49,750 nucleotides of DNA from Anthoceros angustus (lineage: Eukaryota; Plantae; Anthocerotophyta). Where the stretch lies: contig MU008240.1 in assembly GCA_010909165.1 (NCBI GenBank), positions 1-49,750 on the forward strand, written 5' to 3'. Shown piece by piece: positions 35,712 through 46,012 of the stretch; position 1 is the stretch's first letter; each line of letters begins with the position of its first letter. A model generated the notes under the pieces. That model was given only the letters and a program-made list of their open reading frames with translations. It did no database searches and was not told the DNA's origin. The position numbers were made by a program, and so were the translations under genes.

Positions 35712-36330
35712 TTGAAGGTCAAGAAGTACCAATTGCAAGCTTCTTTTTGTATGGATGCATCAACACGAGCCTTGAAGAGAAGGGTCAAGCAAGAAGGGGA
35801 CAACACTTCCAAAAAAGCAAGAGTAGGGAAGGAGAGGGGAAAATACACGAATTGGTTCAGTGCAAAGCTTTGGCTTCATATTACATCGCTATGAAGACCC
35901 ACAAGAGCTTTATAAATGCCATATCCTACTTGAAGAGAGTCCATAAGAAACCAAGAATGAGTGTTAGTCCATATGAACGTTTGACTAGGGGAACTATGTA
36001 CTCATGGTTTACAAAGCGAGGAGAGTTACTGCCAAAAGATGCTAGGGCTGTTGAGGATGGGTACTCAGCACATCGTAGGATGGAATATCTTGATGTCGTA
36101 GTTGGCAAACTAGAGTTGATAAAGGAGTTTGTGGCAGCATTGAAAGGAATTCGAACAAGTGGCGCACCTCTTTCTAGTCCCATTGTCCAGCCTATTCTCT
36201 ATGAGATTGTAGCTTCTCGAGTTCCTGAGTTGTTGATAGAAACAGAAGGGAAAGGTGGTTTCAAGGTGACAATAAGATGGGCAAGGCAGTTTATCAAGAG
36301 ATACTTATGTTGGTATGGACAAGGGACGAA
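35712..36330 (+). pseudogene. Pogo/Tigger-like (Tc1-mariner superfamily) transposase N-terminal DNA-binding region, truncated
   Basis: RGKYTNWFSAKLWLHI...SFINAISYL...LTRGTMYSWF...LKGIRTSG.PL...IVQPIL..IV....PEL...GFKVTIRWARQFIKRYLCW fits a CENP-B-type HTH; no DDE core. Confidence 0.55.
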
Positions 36331-38599
36331 TGCTTTGATCTCCCCTCTAAACAATTTCGTAGGGGTTTCTATTTTTCTGTGAGGATTTGTGTGTTGAATA
36401 AGAGGTCGGCGGAACCTTGGATTACATTCAAGCATATGCATAGACGACACATGAGTCGGAACATGATGGAAGGACAAGAGGAAGTACGAAATTTGTGCGG
36501 CTAAATATCCCACAAACATGTCCAAGTCGCCTCTCTATTTGGAGTACATGTCACAGCTCATACACCACCCCCCACGCGGGTAAATGGATTCCAGCCTTTG
36601 ACAGTGTAAACAGGGTACAAGTTTATCATGACAATAAAATGTAGTTTTCTTGACTTCCATCGTTCCATCGGATCGAGTGTTGGCAGATTCGTGGATCCCA
36701 GCATGTAAGGCCATGATTTTGTTGTATCTCTGTTTTGGCCTGTTTTTACAAGAAAAATTGGTTTGTTTTGCATAAAAGCCCAAAATAGCGGAATAAGCCG
36801 TTTTTCCCTAGACACTGTTAAATCTCCCCCCCCCTCTTTAGCAGCAAACGACAGGTGATCAGATTATGAGCAGCAAATGGCAGGTGATCAGATTTAAGCA
36901 TGAGTAGCAAACAGCAAACCTGAAATCCATGAGTGAGAAATCTGGTGCGAAAAACCCAGCACACAGCACTCTGTCGAAGGGCCTTGTTCCATAAACACAA
37001 TCTAAAGAAAAAGCATTGTTTTGCCCTTCTTGCAGTTTGGTTTTTGTATTGTAATGGGTCCCTTTAGCACCTTAGGATGCTTTGTTGCGCCGCAACCAGC
37101 AACAATACATCATTCCAATGGCGCAATGTTGCATGCATGCATCGCCCAAAGCAGGATGCTCCCTTGGCCTCCTCCTCGACCTCTGCCTTGCCACCATCTT
37201 CCCATCTCTTCCGCACGCTGCTTTTGAAGCTCTCGCAGCTCAGCTTGGAGCCCACAGCTCAGGCTGCGACCTCTAGGCTAGGCTACGGGACGCCATTGCA
37301 GAAGCGTGGATCTGACCTTTCAAGCGTGCCAGTGAAAAACCAATTCCCATCACGTGCGCCATATTCCTCTTCTTCCTCTTCACGCTGTGCGCAATTGGAA
37401 GAGAGCTTGTAGAGCATAACCTGATCAAGATGTCGTCCTCCTCTGAGGATGCGAACCCCGCTTGACCAAAGACGAGAGGCCACCTTCCTGAGGAAGGCGG
37501 CTAATGCAAAGTGTCTCTGGATAGGGGTTATTCTCCATTAAAGAGGTTGGGGTCCTGAACTGAAATGACCCCGAAACGGACCAAAATGCATCGTCTTAAG
37601 GAAAACCACTCTTTAGACAAGTACTGAAAGACATTGACCATGTTATTTTCTCGCAAACACTTATGCTAATAGGGTTTAAGCCGAAGAAGGTTCGTAGATT
37701 TCACCTTCACGCAAAAGAAGCAACTCGCAAGATGAAAAGAAGCAACTGCGCCGGACGTCCAGCGCAATTGTGAGAGAACAATAACCGATACCCTGATTAT
37801 GGCCATCTCGAGAGGAACAAACTATGACTCTAGAAAGTACCACTGGACCTCTGGAGCATTGTGAGTACACACCCCTGGGATCTCCATTGTTAGAGTCAAA
37901 AACAGAGGAAGGAATTGGAGCAATGCGCCGGATGTTTGGCACATTGGCGCGAGTCTGCTAAAGCCTGCGCCAGACATCCGGTGCCTTTCCTGGAGACCCC
38001 AATCTTGCGGGCATCTAGCACGATGGAAGTGGTGGAGTGGATGCGCCAAGACGTCCGGTGCAAATGTATACGTGTTTGTTTCTATCTAGCATTTGCTTGG
38101 TAAAGGTGTAGATAGACCAAGTGGCATAAGAACTCTAGGGTTAAGCACTCTTGGGTCGGATCAGTGGTTTGCTTGTTTTTGGTGCTTTGAAAACTTTGTA
38201 AGAACTCCACTGTTAAGCAAGCTAGGGGCGGATCAGTACCGGGATGAGGTGTTCATTTTTAGTGGTTTGAAAAACTTGTAAATCATCTCGGTATCTAAGC
38301 GTAAAGTCATGAATATTATTTTTGAAAATCATTTGTTGGTTGACGTTATGTTCTCACATTCGATTTGTATACAACATGTAAAACCTTTTCGCCTACCTAT
38401 GACTTGGTTGGATCTTTTCGATTGGTGTGCCAAATGTCCGGCTCATTTGAGTTTGATGCACGTATAGATGCATGGGCCTTGGTTTCTAGATGAGCTACAT
38501 TTTCCAAAATTTGACATGTATAATGTTGGTTTCTTATGGCCAACCTTTTGAAGACGACAATGTTTCACAGGGAATGTTTTGCAGAGAAGCAAGAAAATA

Positions 38600-39170
38600 A
38601 AGAGAATAGATGATTTGTCCTAGAGTAATGAAAGCCTGTCGGATGCAATCCGCTGAAAACAGTGAAATGAAACATGCGCATTTCTAGATGGTTGGGGCCA
38701 AAATGGGGTTGGGAGACAAATCCCTATGTTGAGAGACACTGTTGCTAGGACAAGTGCCTCTTCTGTTGCTTGCAAGGGATCGGTTGTGAATGCTACTACG
38801 AGAAGCTCAGAACCGCCCAAGAAGCGTGGACGCTCTCCTAGCACAATGCGGGAGGTGTTGAGGCTAGGCGAGGACATAATTGCGAGATTGCTGGTGGAGA
38901 GTTCCACGTCACGCCATCAACCGCTATAATAAGTGACACGAGTTCTCCTTTTGTGTCTCGCCTCCTACTTCCACTTGCTCTAAAGCTATCTAATTGTTTT
39001 GATTTGTCTTGGTTGTAGGGTCTACAGAGAATTGAGGAGGATGTTGTTGTTCCTCCACGAGATTATGTCCAATGAGGACTCTAATGCTACAAAGGCCTCC
39101 ACTAGTCCCAACAACTCAGAGAATATGAAGGAAGAGTCCTCGATAGCCAAAACTGAAATGGATTAGGTAG
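38600..39170 (+). pseudogene. Antisense spliced accessory gene of Copia D (intron 38929-39018)
   Basis: QEAW(D)ALLAQC (38818-38848), RDCWWRVPRHAINRY, donor ATAAGT (G>A), acceptor TTGTAG, then RIEED; homologous to 44750-45700. Confidence 0.6.
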
Positions 39171-39300
39171 CAGGGCATGTAGGCTAGTTGGGGTTAGATA
39201 GGAAAGTTCCAAACTCTCCTAACCCCAGACCTTTGACATGCTTAAAGCTCTTTTGAAAGGGCTTTCGTTAATATATTGCTGGATTCTCCTGAGGCATATA

Positions 39301-39552
39301 TAATGATATACAATGTTGATATCATAGTTAGGGTTTAGGGGTTTAAGTTATCCATATATTATATGAAGATATAGGGTTTACTAGATATGGTGTCGTTTCA
39401 TTAGGTTACGTCTCTAAGTGAATAGATACAACGTTTCATTAAGTTTAGTTTTAGTTGTCTTTTCATGCATAAGCAACTTACTTCTTTCTTGATCCAACAA
39501 TGTAATTATTCTATAATGTTTAATTGATCTACATTAGTCCATAAAATCTTCA
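39301..39552 (+). repeat. 5' LTR of Copia C (TA...CA)
   Basis: Near-identical to 45757-46012; followed by TGGTATCAGAGC. Confidence 0.95.
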
Positions 39553-39564
39553 TGGTATCAGAGC
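39553..39564 (+). promoter_or_regulatory. PBS (tRNA-iMet) of Copia C
   Basis: TGGTATCAGAGC. Confidence 0.95.
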
Positions 39565-42500
39565 TGACCTAGTGTAGGTTGCATTCAAATGAATGCACAT
39601 TGAAATTGTGCATCAGAAAATATGCACAATGCTTTCTTTGATTGTTTTCTTGTTTTATAAATAAGTTAAAATCAAGAAACATAAGATAGAAAAGAATGGG
39701 TGCATTCTGTTTTATTCTATTTTATTTTGATGAATTCATATAGATTACGCAAGATCAGCAGAGTCTAGCGCACTTCCATTGAGTTGCTACTTGAGCAATT
39801 CAATGGAGGCACACTAGAGCACGTGGGCAAAATTATATATGTAAAAATCATATAAAGAAAACAGAAAATGCAGAATGCATTGTATATACAATCGTGGCAC
39901 ATAGCCATGGAAAATTATATCTACCATAATCCCGGTGAATCCTAGGAGGAACAATCAAAATCCAAGGCGGGATCGCAGAATGCCGAGACAAACCCCGCAC
40001 ATCAATTACATGGGCGCATCCTAGTGGAGCAACTTGCCCAAATCAAGCACAAGGAGACACATTGCAGGAGCCTTCAACACACTTCTCGAATTGTTGCTCC
40101 CAACAGAGCTTGACTTGACATTCACATTGTAAATACAGGCAACATCGCCCACTACGAGAACATACACCAACGCTGCTTCCTCAAAGTGTACAATCTGTAG
40201 GTGTAAACACAATTGTTCAGCGTCTTGAGGCTAACAATAGGAATGTTGAAAACAGATGTCGTCAGATTTCAGGTCATGTCGCTTCGGCTAGCATTGATCT
40301 GCAGGATTTGAAAGAGCAGCTAACACACTTAGATTACAAGCTTGTAATGTTGCTGAAACCAGAGTTGTTGGCCAACCCAGCATTCAGAGGTACAGCATGC
40401 AAGCACGTAAGTAAAACTAAGCATGAAAGGAAGTTTGATACACCTAACTCTTGCCCTTCATGCTCCACTTACGCATTCAATAAGTTTGAGATGAGAAACT
40501 CTAAGATAGTCGCGCATAGCTTTTGGGAACAAACCATAGCGCACGCAGAGTGCACGGAGCAACCACAAAACCAACACGCATTGTAAGTAGAATGTATGGA
40601 TGGTGAGAATAGTACAGCAGTGCATGATAGTGTTCATGCTAGTGACCGTGAAGAAGACACATTAGAAAGCTTCTTCAATCAGAGGACAAACTCTTAGGAG
40701 TTCAGAACCCAAAATGGGTGACACATCCTCTACACATAATTTTGAAGGTGAGTCCTTCAAGGAGAAGGACGAGTTCAACTGAAATGACTTGACATCCGGC
40801 TTATAAGAATGGAGGCGTTCTCGAAATGAGAGGCCTCCTCAAACATGCTCTTGGAAAAGTAGTGAAACCAGACGAGGATCTTCGGGAGAGGAAGAATGGT
40901 TAGCTAAGGACAGGAGCCAACCTCATACGCAGTGGCGACAACCGAGATGTTGAGGCGGCGGGTGAATACTTCCGAAATCATGAATCGCCTAAAGGAACTC
41001 TACGAGCGAACATGGTAAGCGCAATGACTCTAAGGAATTTTGAACCTAAGGATGAAGGACGGTGACTCGGTGGAGAAACACGTGAGTACCTTGAGGACCC
41101 TAGCCTCACGGCGTGGTGCCTCAAAGTTGCCATTGGAGATGATGAGATGGTGATGAGGCTCCTTCTTTCGCCCAGAGTCATGGTCACATTTCGTGACTTC
41201 TCATCTGTTTCAAACACAAGCTACGTTGTTAGCTAAAAGCAAGAGAGATGCGAAATGAGCTTCACAGCTCGTGAGTTCCATTTGAAGAAGCCAAGGACCA
41301 ACCATAAGAAAGCAGGGAAACAGCCTGACACCTCACAACAAGGACGAGGAGGAAGAAGCCCTTCTCCAAAGGAGGTGGTGGAAACTCTTCGGGGAGGTAG
41401 CTCGGATCCTCACCCGGAAGAAAAAGAAGCTGTGAACTCGCAATCGGTGCAAGCCGCGCCATTGGGAAAAGAGTGCAAAAAGCGGTGGAGTTCCTCGCAA
41501 GGAGGGAACCACTCAATCAAATGTTGTGGTAAAAAGGTTAATACCCCATCTCTTACTTGGGACTAGGAGTTTGCTAGTCCATTCTTTCCCACTTGTCTTT
41601 CCTCCAAAGTGAATCAAACCAACATGAATGGTTCTTAGATACGTGCTTGCACATATCTGCTTTGATAGGAATGAATTTAAAACATCTGATCGGGATCAAT
41701 ATGTTTACCTTGGGACGATAGGTCTCTAGTCTCACTCGTGGCAGGAGTTAATAGTTCCACTGGAAACACACTCAAGTTAAGATGTCTACCATGTGCCCGA
41801 GATGACTAGAAACCCGATCTCCGTTAGAAGATTGAATCACATAATACCATGTCGTGTTCACAAGAGCATTGCGTAATCATAGATGCATTTGACCCTAGAA
41901 AGGTACTTGCGCATGGGTCTTGGACCATGATCCGCTCCGCTCCATTTGCAGTGGAGTAGTCCCACCGACACAAGACGCCTCCCTTGCATCCGCACAACAA
42001 ACGAAAGGCTCGGGTGGCATGCACGCCTAGGTCATCCTCACATGGCAAAGCTACAAAAATTGGCTATGAGTGACTGTATCAAGATGGACCTATTGGCCCT
42101 TGACTCCTATACCCTTATGTGAGGCTTGTGTTTTGTCGAAGAAACACCAAGTTGCCTTCAAGAACAAAGCACCTCACCGTGCATGTACTTGAGCTTGTAC
42201 ATCGATTTGTGTGGACCCTTATCTCAAGCGTCCATTGGTGGTGGGCGTTATTTCTTAACGCTTACGATGACAAAAGTAGATTTGTCACCACCTACATCCT
42301 CAAGAACAAGAGCGAATGTTTCTCCTATTTCAAGGAATACATCAAGTTCAACGCGTTGGTGGAAAGCCAAGACACTAAGATCGAGAATGAATGGGAATTC
42401 ACCTCTAATGAATTCCAGCAGCCTGTAAAGATGAAGGCATTGGGCGTCAACTCACGGTGGTATACACTCCCCAGAATGGAGTGGCGAGCGTTTGAATCTC

Positions 42501-44749
42501 ACTCGGAGATGGTCTCCTCATTGTCGCATGATGCTCAAGCGCCTTTACCATCGAGGCTTTGATGACCTCAACCTTTCTAACAGTTACCCACCACAAGGCA
42601 AAACTCCTTATGAAGCTTTCACAGGTAAAGCCATCCATCCAAAGACTTGAGGACGCTTTTGCCTTGCATATGCCTTCATACTGGATGGCGAACCAAGCTT
42701 TCAGAGGTCGCAGTTGCTCATGTTGGGATACGGGATAAAAGCATATAAACTATATGATGTTCCTTCTAACAAGGTCATTTATGCTCAAGTGTTACCTTGA
42801 TGAAACAAAGACTTGGGCTTGGTGGGAGCACATGTTCATGCTCCCGACGCCGAGGATAGTCTTGAGCTTTCTCATTATGATCCGATGATCATGGTACTCG
42901 AGCGCTGATGAAAATGTTCTGCAGGAGGGAAAATCGGGTGTTTGAAGAAGAACGAACCGAAATTCCACTTGACATGCCAGCCAGATGTAGGATCACATTC
43001 CTCAACCGGATCAAGCACTTGCTGCAACAAATGAAGTGTCGAGTAATGCAACCGACGAGGAAGAAGATTGTTTAACCCTCAACTTGAACAAGAACTCGAG
43101 CGAGCTTGCTCGACGTTACCCTACTCGAACGCCGACCTCCGACATTATCGTGCCCCGATTATCGTATTTCCTCTTCACATGTGAAAGCATATGCTACTAA
43201 CCTCGACCTGAGAACCAGCCTTATGCCGAGGCTTTGAGCAGACTGATCACAAGGAGTGGGAGAAAGCTATAAAATCGAATATGACTCATTGATTGAGAAC
43301 GGCACATGGAGTTGTCAAAATTACCTCGCGTAAAAATGGTGTCTTGTAAGTGGGTCTTCAAATTGAAAGTCAAGGCTGATGGTACCTTGATAGGTACAAG
43401 GCAAGACTAGTGGCTCGTGGATTTTCACAAGTTCGTGGACTATTTGGAGACATTCGCCCGCCAGTGAAACGCCAACCATACGAGCATTATGTGCAATACC
43501 TACAAGGACTATGAGCAAATGTTTGATGTCAAACAAAGATTCTTGAATGGCAAGCTTGACATGAAATATACATGTGCAGCCTCGCTATGTAGTCAAAGGA
43601 AAGGAGGATTATGTATAAACTTATCAAGACTCAGACGGTTGAAGCGCAATGGCTTGGAACGCAGAACTTGATGCTGAGCTTTTAGTATTAGGTTTCACCA
43701 AAAGCCGAGGATGGATGGTAGCCTCACATCTACAAGAAAGGTGACATCGTCTGCTACCTAGCGCCTATGTAGATGACCGATCTTGTCAAGTAACGATGCG
43801 GTTTTATCAAAAGATTACCGACCGCTTGCAACTAAGTTTAAGATGTCCAGCCTTGGTGATCTTGAGTTGTCTTGGTATACATGTTCGCAGAAACGCAGGT
43901 TATCACTCTCACAACCAAGATACATACCGAAAGTGCCTAGGTTTGAAGGATGCAAAGCTACACCCCTACCAAGTGGAATCAAGCTAAGTTCATAAATGTC
44001 CCCACAAACAGAGAGAAGGAAAGGATGTTAGCCGTACCTTATAGGCATTGGAAAGCTCATATATGCAAAGAAACACTACTCGCATGGAAGTTGCCTTTGC
44101 TACTAGCGCCTCTCACTCGGAGAACCCGGGCCAAGAAATCGGACAAGCATTAAAAGAGTCTTTAGATACTTGAAGGGGACACCACATCGAGGATAAAATA
44201 TTGCCACACACCGAGAACTTGAACTTGAGGTCTTCACCGATTCGACTATGTGGAAACGTGGACAATGAGAGATCTGCTTCGTTACGTTGAGCATAGCGTG
44301 GACCGATTTGCTGGATGAGCAAAAAAAGCCAGCTTGCTCTCTCCGAGTCAAGAATGTCCTTACAGTGCTTGCAAAGAGATCATTTGGTGCAAACTACTCC
44401 TTAGCGAAATGGGTACCTACATGTACGCTCATAAGGACCGACCGAGGCTCCATGTCACTTGCTCGAACCCGGTATTTCATGCAAGGACAAAGCATATCGA
44501 GGTTGAGTATCATTTTATCGAGACCTAATCAAGGGTAAAATCAACCTCGAGTATGTGGCAACGCAAGACAATCCAGCAGACATATTGACTAAGGCTCTAG
44601 GAAAAGAGCTTCGAGAAACATGTTAAAAGTCTTGGCCTTGAGACTCCTCGAGTTCCTTGGCAGATGCAAAGTAAAATCCATGCTGCGAGAACTCTAACTG
44701 ACCAGAAGGAAGAGTGTTCATCATCCGTGTAGTCATTAAAAGAGTCTCA

Positions 44750-45700
44750 TCACGAGACACGAGAGTATGAGTCCCCACAGACTGACTCACCATGCAGGCT
44801 TTGACTCTCATCTTCCTCCTCTTCAGAAGGATCGGGACTGTCCAAGGAACGGTGGGTCTTCTCCCACTGCCTTCTTGCCTTGCCTGAGATTCTGTCTTCA
44901 GACTGGAGGTCAGACTCTTCTTCGATGCGTATGTTAGATCCTGCACAAACAGTGGGAGCTAGGTTAGCTCCACACACACACACACAAAACAGTAAACATG
45001 CTGCAACAGGAATGGAATTTGGGACTTACTATACGTGCTAACAACATGGTGAGGATACGCCCAGCAATCTTCAACTTTGATACGGCGATCACTTTTAGTC
45101 GCCACATGAACCCTATACCACATAGGGGTGCGAGGGTGCTTCAGTGAGGAGACAATTTGGGTTTCCTTGAACAGTCTCAGGGCTTGGGAAAGCTTGGTCC
45201 TCACAAGGGTTCGTAAAAAGCCAAAATGTGGTGAACATGTGCGGATTTGCTTTTACTCTTGCCGCTCTTGGCCTAAAGGAGTGACACGCACCAAGAAGGG
45301 CCGCCCATGTTTCTTGTTTAGCTGAGCTCTGTCGCAGAAACTCCTTGGTGGTTCCTTTGGGCGCCACGTTCTCTCTTCACGCCCCTTTAACCGCAGGAAG
45401 TTGGAAGTCTCCTCTGTCGCAGTACCGCCTAGCAACCGCCTAGAGCATTTCCTGCCGGTTTCTTGGGCAAAGTACCGGACTGAAGAGTGACGCCATCTCG
45501 ATATGGCTCAGATCGAAACCTTCTCTCAAGGCGATCGATGCATATGAGGCAAAAGAGCGTAAAGGAGAATTATAAAGGGAGCCAACGTACTCACCGGTGC
45601 TTCACAGTACAACAGATTCCATAGTGTCCGTAGTAAAGACATGAAGATGGGGCGAAAGCTCTACCACCACAATATGGCAAACCAAGATTGAAAACCCGAG
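44750..45700 (-). pseudogene. Antisense spliced accessory gene of Copia C (intron 44941-45029)
   Basis: QETWAALLGAC (45281-45316) ... VEDCWAYPHHVVSTY | GTAAGT...TTTGTGCAG | RSNIRIEEESD...acidic tail; splicing keeps the frame. The 5' boundary is approximate. Confidence 0.7.
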
Positions 45701-45756
45701 CTCAACTCCGCAGCTAGCCTCACAAGGGACATCTAACTATTTACAACAAGTGGGAG

Positions 45757-46012
45757 TAATGATATACAATGTTGATATCATAGTTAGGGTTTAGGGTTTA
45801 AGTTATCCATATATTACCAAGATATGATAAGCTAGGGTTTACTAGATATGGTGTCGTTTCATTAGGGTTACGTCTAAGTGAATAGATACAACGTTTCATT
45901 AAGTTTAGTTTTAGTTGTCTTTTCATGCATAAGCAACTTACTTCTTTCTTGATCCAACAATGTAATTATTCTATAATGTTTAATTGATCTACATTAGTCC
46001 ATAAAATCTTCA
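45757..46012 (+). repeat. 3' LTR of Copia C (TA...CA)
   Basis: Follows PPT AAGTGGGAG; followed by TSD ATATA. Confidence 0.95.

Larger units (their letters stand above)
39301..46012 (+). mobile_element. Full-length Ty1/Copia element C (6.7 kb) with TSD ATATA
   Basis: LTRs 39301-39552 and 45757-46012; PBS 39553-39564; PPT 45748-45756; TSD 39296-39300 and 46013-46017; gag ~40740-41560 (ESFKEKDEFN); INT (DLCGP, KNKSECF), RT (YVDD ~43766), RNase H (FHARTKHIEVEYHFI, ADILTKALG). Confidence 0.95.

Noticed and set aside
39325-39380. TTTAGGG telomere-like repeats
   Set aside because: Only 2-3 units inside both LTRs (telo-box-like), not an interstitial telomere array.
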